A stretch of 46,147 bases of DNA from Candidatus Deferrimicrobiaceae bacterium (lineage in GTDB: Bacteria > Desulfobacterota > Deferrimicrobia > Deferrimicrobiales > Deferrimicrobiaceae). Below, piece by piece: positions 1-8,096 of this stretch. The notes under the pieces were generated by a model. It did no database searches and was not told the DNA's origin. It was given only the letters and a program-made list of their open reading frames with translations. The DNA is taken from the NCBI GenBank assembly GCA_035256765.1, contig DATEXR010000271.1, positions 1 to 46,147 of the forward strand. The letters run 5' to 3'. The translations under genes were made by a program, and so were the position numbers. Within the stretch, counting starts at the first letter, position 1, and the number at the start of each line of letters is the position of its first letter.

Positions 1-1
1 C

Positions 2-109
2 CGGGATTCCTACCGGAGATTGCTGGGGAGGCTGCCGCGAGGGCAGATGGTGTCCCTGCTGATCGACAGGGACGGGGGACAGGTGTATCTGGCGTTTCGC
101 CACCGATAG
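2..109 (+). CDS. 3' end of an unidentified CDS (last ~35 codons; continues left of the window)
   Basis: Frame 2 is open from the window edge to TAG 107-109. Third-codon-position G/C is strongly enriched in this frame and not in frame 1. An AGGAGG plus ATG for the next gene follows immediately. Confidence 0.4.
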   Translation, partial: RDSYRRLLGRLPRGQMVSLLIDRDGGQVYLAFRHR

Positions 110-144
110 GGGAGAAGAGGAAAAAACCCGCCAAGGAGGGAGCC

Positions 145-411
145 ATGGGGGTTGTGAAGGATCCTGATGTGGCCCGGCGCATCGCCCGGGCGGTCGTGTC
201 GGACATCGTGCTGTACAACGCAAAGAAAGTGGAAGAGGGGATTTCGAAGGACAACCTGTTCGATCTGCTGAAGAACGAGATCGAGGAGGGGCGCAGCTAC
301 TACCATAGCCGCATCGACCCCGAGATCGCGAAGAGGACCAATTTCTTCAACCAGGCCCTGGTCGATCTCATGGTGAAGCCGTGGGGCCGCGTGCCCTCCA
401 AGGCCTGGTAG
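145..411 (+). CDS. Hypothetical small protein (88 aa), no family recognised
   Basis: ATG 145 is preceded by AAGGAGGG at about 7 nt. GC3-rich frame with a balanced, helical-looking composition (KKVEEGISKDNLFDLLKNEIEEG), unlike shadow ORFs. Confidence 0.6.
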   Translation: MGVVKDPDVARRIARAVVSDIVLYNAKKVEEGISKDNLFDLLKNEIEEGRSYYHSRIDPEIAKRTNFFNQALVDLMVKPWGRVPSKAW

Positions 412-420
412 CGTAAGCAT

Positions 421-1443
421 TTGAGGGTCACCTGCCGGCTCACGGTTCCTCCGGAGAAAGCGGGGGAGCGGTTGGACCGTTATCTTTCGGACGCCCTGCC
501 CGGATTGTCCCGTTCCCGCGTCCAGCAGTTGATCGGCGAAGGCCTCGTGTCTCTGGGGGGCGCGAAGGCCCGGCCATCGTCCAGGCTGAAAGAAAGCGAG
601 GAGATCACGGTTTCGATTCCTCCGCCCCGTCCCTTGGATCTCGTTCCGGAGGAACGGGCGATCGCCGTGCTGTTCGAGGACGATCACCTGATGGTCGTGG
701 AGAAGCCGGCGGGCATGGTGGTGCATCCTGCTCCCGGCCACAGCGTTGGGACGCTCGTCCATGCCCTTCTATCCCGCGCCGGCCGCCTCTCGGGGATCGG
801 CGGCGTCGAACGGCCGGGGATCGTCCACCGGCTCGACAGGGACACCTCGGGGATCATCGTGGTGGCGAAGGACGACGCTTCCCACGCGGGGCTCTCGGCT
901 CAGCTTGCCGCCCACCGGATGGATCGGCGCTATCGCGGGATCGTGTGGGGAAAGCCTCCGGGGGCGGAAGGGGTGGTCAGGACGAGGGTCGGCAGGCATC
1001 CCGTGCACCGGAAGAAGATGGCGGTCTTTCCCGAGGTTCCCCCGCGTTCCCCGCGCGCAGGAGGGGCGGGGAAGCGCGAAGGCGTCGGCCAGGCCGGCGA
1101 AAGGGGCAGGCGGGTCGCGGTCACCCGGTACCGGTGCCTTGAGTCGTTCGGACGATTCTCCCTCCTCGAGTTCCGGCTGGAGACGGGCCGAACGCACCAG
1201 GTCCGGCTGCACTGCGCCCACCTCTCCTGTCCGATCGTCGGGGATGACGTGTACGGAAGGCCGCGGAAAATCGCTCTGGGCGGAGGAAAAGAGGCGGAGA
1301 CCGTGACGGTTTCCCGCTTTCTGCTCCACGCGTTCCATCTCGGGTTTCTCCACCCCCTCACGGGGCAACCGCTGGAGTTCACGGTGCCGGACCCCCCGGA
1401 GTTCGGCGAGTTCCGGGAGGCGGTCCTGGCCGCGGAGGGATGA
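421..1443 (+). CDS. rluD: 23S rRNA pseudouridine synthase, RluA/RluD family
   Basis: N-terminal S4-like region (GERLDRYLSDALPGLSRSRVQQLI) and catalytic motif HRLDRDTSGIIVVAKD, plus ETGRTHQVRLH. TTG start. E. coli-like rluD-yfiH adjacency. Confidence 0.9.
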   Translation: MRVTCRLTVPPEKAGERLDRYLSDALPGLSRSRVQQLIGEGLVSLGGAKARPSSRLKESEEITVSIPPPRPLDLVPEERAIAVLFEDDHLMVVEKPAGMVVHPAPGHSVGTLVHALLSRAGRLSGIGGVERPGIVHRLDRDTSGIIVVAKDDASHAGLSAQLAAHRMDRRYRGIVWGKPPGAEGVVRTRVGRHPVHRKKMAVFPEVPPRSPRAGGAGKREGVGQAGERGRRVAVTRYRCLESFGRFSLLEFRLETGRTHQVRLHCAHLSCPIVGDDVYGRPRKIALGGGKEAETVTVSRFLLHAFHLGFLHPLTGQPLEFTVPDPPEFGEFREAVLAAEG

Positions 1444-1657
1444 TGCCACATCGGGACAAGCCCCCGTTCGGGATGCGGAGAACGGCTCCGCTCCCTCGCG
1501 GGGGGGCCGCTCGCTTCGTCGCTCGCCTTGCGATTCACCCGCAAGGCTGCGCTCAACACCTCCCGGAAAGCTCCGCTCGGACCCCCCCGCTGCGTCGGCT
1601 CCGCCGCATTGACCCCCCGTACGCGGGGAAAGGACCATCCAGGGGAGGGCGGTACGT

Positions 1658-2425
1658 GTGATCCTCCCCACTTTCGTCCAGTCCCCCCTGCTCCGTTCCG
1701 TGCCCGGGATCTACCACGCCTTCCCGGGTGTCGACCCCAAGTCCGGGAGGAAAGACGCGGAGAGATTGCGGACCGTGTTCTCCATTCCGCCATCCGTGAT
1801 CGGCACTCTGAAACAGGTCCACTCCGCGAACGTTCTGGAGTGGGAAGAGGCGGACGCGGTCCGGGGGAGGGGAGGACAGAGGGAGGGGGACGCCTTGTGG
1901 ACCGCAATCCCGGGGACGGGAGTCGGGGTCCGGACGGCCGACTGCGTCCCGGTCCTGATCGCCGATCCCGGGGTGCCTGTGTGCGCCGCCGTCCATGTCG
2001 GATGGCGGGGGTTTGCCGCCGGGATCATCGAAAAGACCGTTCGCCGGCTCGCCCTGCGGTTCGGCCCCGCTTCGACGCGGAGACTCGTCGCGGTTGCCGG
2101 GCCTTCGGCCCGAGGGTGCTGCTACGAGATCGGGGAGGAGGTGGCCGACCTTCTTCGGCCGCTTCCCGGGGGAGGGCGCTTTCTCTTCCCGGGGAGGACC
2201 GCCGGGAAGTGGACGGCGGACCTCTCGTCCCTCGCCCTGGAGGGGCTGGCCGCCGCAGGGGTGCCAAGGACGAACCTTGCCGCCACCGGACCCTGCACGG
2301 TCTGCTCGCCCTCCTTCCATTCGTACCGCCGTGAAAAGTCCTGGACCGGCCGACAGCTAAGTTTTATCTATATCATTGATTCCTTTCCTCCGGAGATTTT
2401 CCCGAAACGACAGGAGACCGAATGA
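1658..2425 (+). CDS. pgeF: Purine nucleoside phosphorylase / laccase-domain protein, YfiH (PgeF) family
   Basis: Motifs QVHSANV, TADCVPVL, HVGWRG, CCYEIGEEV and C-terminal CTVCSPSFHSYRRE..TGRQ. GTG 1658 is the first start after the in-frame stop at 1610-1612; RBS AGGGGAGGG lies upstream. Confidence 0.85.
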   Translation: MILPTFVQSPLLRSVPGIYHAFPGVDPKSGRKDAERLRTVFSIPPSVIGTLKQVHSANVLEWEEADAVRGRGGQREGDALWTAIPGTGVGVRTADCVPVLIADPGVPVCAAVHVGWRGFAAGIIEKTVRRLALRFGPASTRRLVAVAGPSARGCCYEIGEEVADLLRPLPGGGRFLFPGRTAGKWTADLSSLALEGLAAAGVPRTNLAATGPCTVCSPSFHSYRREKSWTGRQLSFIYIIDSFPPEIFPKRQETE

Positions 2426-2772
2426 GAGGCGACAACACCCGGCTTCGCATCGAAAACGAGATGTTCGGTCGGAGGGAGAAGAAATATTCGGAAGAGGAGC
2501 TGGCGAACTACCTGATGAGCCTTCTCATGGACAACGATCCCCTCCTTTCCGCCGTGACGATCGCGATGGATCCCGAGGGAGAGAGGTTTTCCGTCTTCGC
2601 TCACCGTGGCCTGTCGGGGAAATTCATCAAGGAGATGAACGCCTCCCCGGTCGGCGTGACCGAGTATCCGAAGGACGGGGAAACGGAGCGGGTGCTGATC
2701 CCCCACACCGAGGCGATGGTCCACGAGTCGCTGCGGAAAGGCGGGAATGCCGTCACCGTCTACCGGGATTAG
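2422..2772 (+). CDS. Hypothetical protein (116 aa), no family recognised
   Basis: ATG 2422 overlaps the pgeF TGA (ATGA); RBS CAGGAGA lies upstream. GC3-rich codons and a non-shadow amino-acid composition. Confidence 0.6.
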   Translation: MRGDNTRLRIENEMFGRREKKYSEEELANYLMSLLMDNDPLLSAVTIAMDPEGERFSVFAHRGLSGKFIKEMNASPVGVTEYPKDGETERVLIPHTEAMVHESLRKGGNAVTVYRD

Positions 2773-2799
2773 GCGACGGGCACCGACCGGCGATTTTCC

Positions 2800-2829
2800 T
2801 TGACATTCGGAAACCCCGGGGCAGACAAT
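2800..2829 (+). promoter_or_regulatory. Candidate sigma70 promoter for rho (TTGACA-18 nt-GACAAT), followed by a ~100-nt leader
   Basis: Perfect -35 TTGACA at 2800-2805. The best-spaced -10 is only 4/6 (GACAAT 2824-2829). A perfect TATAAT at 2834-2839 lacks a -35. Confidence 0.3.
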
Positions 2830-2934
2830 AAATTATAATTGTTAGACGGGAAACCTGCCGGAGTCTTTTCACCCATCACTAGGACAAGACGAATCAGGAA
2901 ATCCGACCAAACCCATGATTTCAGGGGGACGTGC

Positions 2935-4182
2935 ATGAATCTGAAAGACCTGAAAGCGATGCGGATCGGGGATCTCACCGAGATCGCGAAGAACCTCCAC
3001 GTCGATGGCGCGGCGGGGCTCAAGAAACAGGAGCTCATTTTCGCCATCCTGCAGGCGCAGACCGACCAGGAAGTCATCGTGTCCGGCGAGGGAGTGCTCG
3101 AGGTGCTCCCCGACGGGTATGGCTTCCTGCGGTCCCCCGATTCGAACTACCTGCCGGGGCCCGACGACATCTACGTCTCTCCCTCCCAGATCCGCAGGTT
3201 CGGTCTCCGCACCGGCGACACGGTGACGGGGCAGATCCGGGCGCCCAAGGGGGACGAACGGTATTTCGCCCTCCTCAAGGTGGAGAAGATCAACACCGAG
3301 GACCCGGAGATCGCCAAGGACAAGATCATCTTCGACAACCTGACGCCGCTCTATCCGCAGGAGAAGTTCCTGATGGAGTACGTCCACGACAACTACTCGA
3401 CGCGCATCATCGACCTCATCGCCCCCATCGGGAAGGGGCAGAGGGCGCTGATCACCTCCCCTCCGCGGGCCGGGAAGACGATCATCCTCCAAAACATTGC
3501 GAACGGCCTCACGAAAAACCACCCGGAAGTCGTCCTCATCGTCCTGCTCATCGACGAGCGGCCCGAGGAGGTGACCGATATGCAGCGGAGCGTGAAGGGT
3601 GAGGTCATCTCCTCCACGTTCGACGAGCCGGCGCAGCGGCACGTGCAGGTGGCCGAGATGGTCCTGGAGAAGGCGAAGCGGCTCGTCGAGCACAAGAAGG
3701 ACGTGGTCATCCTTCTCGACAGCATCACCCGCCTGGCGCGGGCCTATAACGCGGTGGTCCCGCCCTCGGGGAAGGTGCTCTCCGGCGGCGTGGACGCGAA
3801 CGCGCTCCAGAAGCCGAAGCGGTTCTTCGGCGCCGCCCGGAACATCGAGGAGGGAGGGTCGCTCACCATCATCGCGACGGCGCTGATCGAGACGGGAAGC
3901 CGGATGGACGAGGTCATCTTCGAAGAGTTCAAGGGAACGGGGAATATGGAGCTCGTCCTCGACCGGAAGATCTCGGAGAAGAGGATCTTCCCGGCCATCG
4001 ACATCAACAAGTCCGGGACGAGGAAGGAGGAGCTCCTTCTCGAGAAGCCCGTTCTCCAGCGGATCTGGGTCCTGCGGAAATTCCTCTCCCCGTTGTCCCC
4101 CGCGGAGAGCATGGAATTTCTCCTCGACAAGATTTCCAAGACGAAGACCAACCAGGAATTTCTCGACTCGATGAATTCGTGA
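2935..4182 (+). CDS. rho: Transcription termination factor Rho
   Basis: [22 protein letters not shown]-terminus, RNA-binding GYGFLR, Walker A PPRAGKT, and full-length similarity to Rho. ATG 2935 chosen over the ORF-table start 2839 by N-terminal homology and the RBS. Confidence 0.95.
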   Translation: MNLKDLKAMRIGDLTEIAKNLHVDGAAGLKKQELIFAILQAQTDQEVIVSGEGVLEVLPDGYGFLRSPDSNYLPGPDDIYVSPSQIRRFGLRTGDTVTGQIRAPKGDERYFALLKVEKINTEDPEIAKDKIIFDNLTPLYPQEKFLMEYVHDNYSTRIIDLIAPIGKGQRALITSPPRAGKTIILQNIANGLTKNHPEVVLIVLLIDERPEEVTDMQRSVKGEVISSTFDEPAQRHVQVAEMVLEKAKRLVEHKKDVVILLDSITRLARAYNAVVPPSGKVLSGGVDANALQKPKRFFGAARNIEEGGSLTIIATALIETGSRMDEVIFEEFKGTGNMELVLDRKISEKRIFPAIDINKSGTRKEELLLEKPVLQRIWVLRKFLSPLSPAESMEFLLDKISKTKTNQEFLDSMNS

Positions 4183-4204
4183 CCACGGAGGGAGCGACAA
4201 CCCG

Positions 4205-4408
4205 ATGAAACCGGACATCCACCCGAAATATCGGCCGTCGAAGGTCAAGTGCGCATGCGGGAACACCATCGAGACCATGTCCACGATCGAGGAGATCAAG
4301 GTGGCCATCTGCTCGAACTGCCATCCGTTCTTCACCGGCAGGCAGAAGCTGATCGACACGGCGGGCCGGATCGAGAAGTTCCAGAAGAAGTACGGAAAGT
4401 CCCAGTAA
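4205..4408 (+). CDS. rpmE: 50S ribosomal protein L31
   Basis: MKPDIHPKY... [10 protein letters not shown] ... signature, 67 aa. Confidence 0.95.
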   Translation: MKPDIHPKYRPSKVKCACGNTIETMSTIEEIKVAICSNCHPFFTGRQKLIDTAGRIEKFQKKYGKSQ

Positions 4409-4433
4409 GGGGCGCAAAGACGTCCCTCCTTCC

Positions 4434-5180
4434 GTGAATGTCATCCTCCTCCAGTGCACCCCGGAGCCCGAGCGGCTCGTGGCTCTGGCAGCGCGCCTGT
4501 GTTACTCCCCCGTCTCGATCGGGGACCTGCGGGAGGACATCTCCCGGAAGGACGTGCGGACCCTCGTGAGGAAGATCCTCTCGATGGGACACGCCTCGGT
4601 GCTGGAGCATGTCACCTTCACCTACGGAGTCGAAGGAATCTCCCGGGCGACCTCGCACCAGCTGGTCCGGCACCGCATCGCCTCCTACTCCCAGCAGAGC
4701 CAGCGCTACGTCGCCGCGGACTTCGGCTATGTGACACCGATATCCCTTGGCCGGGGCCGGGGCGCGGAGCGGGGCGGAAAGAACCCTTCCCGGGCCGCGA
4801 AGGCCCATCCGCTGTATGATAAGTTCGGGAGTCACATGCGGAACTGTTCGGAGCTCTACGAAGAGATGCTGGCGGCCGGCATCCCGCCGGAGGATGCCCG
4901 GTTCGTGCTGCCCAACGCCACCGAGACGAAGATCATGATCAGCATGAACGCCCGGGAGCTCCATCACTTCTTCGCGTTGCGCCTGTGCCGGCGGGCCCAG
5001 TGGGAGATCCGGGAGATGGCCGGGGAGATGCTGAAGATCGCGCATGCGAAGGCTCCGCTCCTCTTCGAGAACGCGGGCCCGGGATGCCTGCGGGGACGAT
5101 GCCCCGAGGGGAAGATGAGCTGCGGGGACGCCGCGGGGGTGAAAAAGGAGTTCGCGGCGATGCGCGGGGGTGCGCGATGA
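4434..5180 (+). CDS. thyX: FAD-dependent thymidylate synthase ThyX
   Basis: ThyX motif RHRIASYSQQSQRY, plus SVLEH and ARFVLPN. GTG start. Confidence 0.9.
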   Translation: MNVILLQCTPEPERLVALAARLCYSPVSIGDLREDISRKDVRTLVRKILSMGHASVLEHVTFTYGVEGISRATSHQLVRHRIASYSQQSQRYVAADFGYVTPISLGRGRGAERGGKNPSRAAKAHPLYDKFGSHMRNCSELYEEMLAAGIPPEDARFVLPNATETKIMISMNARELHHFFALRLCRRAQWEIREMAGEMLKIAHAKAPLLFENAGPGCLRGRCPEGKMSCGDAAGVKKEFAAMRGGAR

Positions 5181-6136
5181 GTTCCCCGGGGCAGCAGGAG
5201 TTCGTCCTCGGCGGGCAGGCCGTTATCGAGGGCGTGATGATGAAAGGGAGGGGGACTTACGCCGTGGCGGTCCGGAAACAGAGCGGCGAGATCCGGATAC
5301 GGGATTTCCCGATCGCGGAGAACCCGGCGAGAAAGCGTCTTTCCAAGATGCCCATTCTCCGGGGAGTGATGACCATGGTGGCGATGCTCGCGATCGGGTA
5401 CCGGGCGCTCCAATACTCGGCGGACGAGGCGATCGACGACGCGGAAGGCGGGAAAGGGGAACGGGACGCCCCGGTCCGGAAAGAAAGCAAGGGGGGGGGA
5501 AGCGACCTCCCCATGGCCGCAAGCCTGGCCCTGGCTCTTCTGCTGGGCGTGGGGCTCTTCTTCTGGCTCCCCCTGGTGCTGACCCGCTGGACCGCCGATC
5601 TTTTTCCCGCCCTGTCGGGCCGGCTCCTCTTCAACGTCGTGGACGGCGTGATCCGGATTCTCATCTTCGTCCTGTACATCCTCGCGATCGGGCTGATGGG
5701 GGACATCCGCCGGATCTTCCAGTACCATGGCGCCGAGCACAAGGCGGTGCACGCGCACGAGAGGGGAGCGGACTTGGCCCCGGAGAGCGTCGCAGGCTTC
5801 CCGAGCCTGCACCCCCGGTGCGGGACGAGTTTTTTGCTCTTCGTGATGGTGATCAGCGTCGGCGTCTTCTCCCTCATCCCGCACGAGAGCTCGCTCCCGG
5901 CGAAGGTGCTCTTGCGGGTGTTGCTGCTGCCGGCGGTCGCCGGGATCTCCTACGAGGTCCTCCGCCTGTCGGCGAAGCACGGCCGGTCGGGGTTCTTCCG
6001 TGCCCTCGTGGCGCCCGGCCTTCTCCTTCAGCGGCTGACGACGCGGGAGCCCGATCTCGCCCAGATCGAGGTGGCCATCGCATCCCTGCGGCGCGTGGCG
6101 CACGGCGACGGACCGGAGGTTGTCCATGTGGGATAA
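5177..6136 (+). CDS. DUF1385-type integral membrane protein (prfA/prmC-associated), function unknown
   Basis: [11 protein letters not shown] and YHGAEHK motifs plus several hydrophobic segments. ATG 5177 overlaps the thyX TGA (ATGA). Position upstream of prfA-prmC is typical of this family (from memory). Confidence 0.8.
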   Translation: MSSPGQQEFVLGGQAVIEGVMMKGRGTYAVAVRKQSGEIRIRDFPIAENPARKRLSKMPILRGVMTMVAMLAIGYRALQYSADEAIDDAEGGKGERDAPVRKESKGGGSDLPMAASLALALLLGVGLFFWLPLVLTRWTADLFPALSGRLLFNVVDGVIRILIFVLYILAIGLMGDIRRIFQYHGAEHKAVHAHERGADLAPESVAGFPSLHPRCGTSFLLFVMVISVGVFSLIPHESSLPAKVLLRVLLLPAVAGISYEVLRLSAKHGRSGFFRALVAPGLLLQRLTTREPDLAQIEVAIASLRRVAHGDGPEVVHVG

Positions 6137-7193
6137 GCTCGAAGGCGTCGCGAAGCGCGCCGAAGAGATCACCCGCCTTCTGGCGGATCCCGGCCTGGCG
6201 GGCAACTCCCGGGAGATCCAGAAGCTGAACCGGGAACTGGCCGAGCTTCGGCCCCTGGCCGAGGCCTATGCGCAGGTTCGAAGGATCGGGCAGGAACTGG
6301 AGGAGAACCGCAGCCTTGCCCAGTCGGAGAAAGACCCGGAGATGCGGGCGCTCGCCAGGGAGGAGATCGCCAAGCTTACGGCGGAGAATGAGCGTCTCGA
6401 GGGGGAGATGCGCCTCCTTCTCCTCCCGAAGGACCCGAATGACGAGAAGAACATCCTGATCGAGATCCGCGCAGGGGCCGGCGGGGAGGAAGCCGCGTTG
6501 TTCGCGACCGAGTTGTTCCGCTCCTACTCGATGTACGCCTCGATGAAGGGGTGGAAGGTGGAGATGCTCTCCCACAGCGAGACGGGCCTGGGCGGAACCA
6601 AGGAAGTCATCGCGATGATCGAGGGAAGGGGCGCCTACAGCCGGCTGAAGTACGAGAGCGGCGTCCATCGGGTTCAGAGGGTGCCTGCCACGGAGGCGGG
6701 GGGGCGGATCCACACCTCCACGGTCACGGTGGCGGTGATTCCGGAGGCCGAGGAGGTCGACGTCCAGATCGGTCCCGACGACCTCCGCATCGACGTGTTC
6801 CGTTCCTCGGGCCCCGGCGGCCAGAGCGTGAACACGACGGACTCGGCGGTCCGCATCACCCACATCCCCACGGGGCTGGTCGTATCCTGCCAGGACGAGA
6901 AGTCCCAGCTGAAGAACAAATCCAAGGCGTTGAAGATCCTCCGTTCGAGGCTGTACGACCTCGAGATGGAGAAGCAGCGCGCCGAGAGGGCGGACATGCG
7001 CCGCTCGCTGGTCGGGACAGGGGACCGCAGCGAACGCATTCGCACGTACAACTTCCCGCAGAGCCGGGTGACCGACCACCGCATCGGCCTGACCGTCCAT
7101 CAGCTCGCCCAGGTGCTGAACGGGGAAATCGACGTGTTCGCGGACGCCCTGATCGGGCACGCCCGGGCCGAAGCGCTCAAGCACGCCGTCTGA
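6126..7193 (+). CDS. prfA: Peptide chain release factor 1
   Basis: GGQ motif ([23 protein letters not shown]) and the RF1-type PAT tripeptide (RVPATE). GGAGG lies 8 nt upstream of ATG 6126. Overlaps the DUF1385 gene end by 11 nt. Confidence 0.95.
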   Translation: MWDKLEGVAKRAEEITRLLADPGLAGNSREIQKLNRELAELRPLAEAYAQVRRIGQELEENRSLAQSEKDPEMRALAREEIAKLTAENERLEGEMRLLLLPKDPNDEKNILIEIRAGAGGEEAALFATELFRSYSMYASMKGWKVEMLSHSETGLGGTKEVIAMIEGRGAYSRLKYESGVHRVQRVPATEAGGRIHTSTVTVAVIPEAEEVDVQIGPDDLRIDVFRSSGPGGQSVNTTDSAVRITHIPTGLVVSCQDEKSQLKNKSKALKILRSRLYDLEMEKQRAERADMRRSLVGTGDRSERIRTYNFPQSRVTDHRIGLTVHQLAQVLNGEIDVFADALIGHARAEALKHAV

Positions 7194-7207
7194 AGCGACT
7201 CCCCTCG

Positions 7208-8086
7208 ATGCGTCTCTTCGAACTCCTCGCGCTCTGCCGCCGGGAGATGGAGGGACTGGGTCTTCGCGCCTCGCCCGAGGCGGAAATTCTCGTATCCCAC
7301 CTTTCGGGGATTCCGCGTTCCCGTCTTCCCCTGGAGGGGGAAAGGGAGGTCGGGGACCTGTCCGGCGCGCTCCGTTCCCTCCTGAGGCGCAGGGGTTCCG
7401 GCGAGCCCATCCCGTACCTCCTCGGCTCGTGGGAGTTTTACGGGCGGGAATTCCGTCTGACGCGCGAAACGCTCATCCCGAGGCCCGAGACGGAAGGGTT
7501 GGTCGAGGGAGTCGTGGATGCGTGGCGTCGGGAGAACCGGGGGGCGGGGAACATGCTCGATGTCGGAACGGGGTGCGGGGCGATCGCGGTGACGCTGGCG
7601 GCGGAGCTTCCCCTGGCGGATGTCCTTGCGGTGGACGTCTCCGCGGGCGCCCTGGCCGTCGCCCGGGAGAACGCGCACACCCTGGGGGTCGCGGATCGGG
7701 TGCGGTTCTTTCGCGCGGACGGATATTCCGCCTTGAAAAGAGGGTACCGTTTTGATGTAGTGGTGTCGAACCCCCCATACGTTTCCGAAAAGGAATGGGA
7801 TTCGCTTCCCCGGGAAGTCCGGGGATTCGAGCCGGCTGGGGCGCTTGTGGCCGGTCCGGACGGATTGGCGATGATCCGTCCTCTCGTGGCGGATGCCGGG
7901 TTGTACCTGAAGCCGGGCGGGAGGCTCTGGCTGGAGATCGGGGAGTCCCAGGGAGAAGCCGTGCGCAGGCTCCCCTGCGGGCCCCTGCGGTTCCTCGGCG
8001 TCGAGAAGGACCTGGCCGGACGGGACCGCGTCGCCCGCTGGTTCATGACCGCGGGGGAAGACCGGCGCGGGGAGAAGGATCGGTAG
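7208..8086 (+). CDS. prmC: Release factor glutamine N5-methyltransferase PrmC (HemK)
   Basis: SAM-binding LDVGTGCGAI and catalytic NPPY; directly downstream of prfA. The long ORF-table extension (6551-) lies inside prfA and was trimmed. Confidence 0.9.
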   Translation: MRLFELLALCRREMEGLGLRASPEAEILVSHLSGIPRSRLPLEGEREVGDLSGALRSLLRRRGSGEPIPYLLGSWEFYGREFRLTRETLIPRPETEGLVEGVVDAWRRENRGAGNMLDVGTGCGAIAVTLAAELPLADVLAVDVSAGALAVARENAHTLGVADRVRFFRADGYSALKRGYRFDVVVSNPPYVSEKEWDSLPREVRGFEPAGALVAGPDGLAMIRPLVADAGLYLKPGGRLWLEIGESQGEAVRRLPCGPLRFLGVEKDLAGRDRVARWFMTAGEDRRGEKDR

Positions 8087-8096
8087 GGAGGGGCTT

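Noticed and set aside
1033-1113. About 25-aa Arg/Gly/Pro-rich insertion in RluD (EVPPRSPRAGGAGKREGVGQAGERGRR) relative to E. coli RluD.
   Set aside because: This is a low-complexity surface-loop-type insertion common in high-GC orthologues. There is no frame disruption and no basis for a functional claim.
1452-1480. GGGACAAGCCCCCG in the rluD-pgeF spacer, faintly reminiscent of the GGGACGCAAAGCC core of GEMM-I (cyclic dinucleotide) riboswitches common in Geobacter.
   Set aside because: The upstream GNRA tetraloop arm and CAAA...GGCAAACC half of the motif are absent, so the similarity is too short to be meaningful.
6126-7193. Possible programmed +1 frameshift in the release factor gene.
   Set aside because: That mechanism belongs to prfB (RF2). 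This gene is RF1 (PAT motif) and has a single uninterrupted frame.
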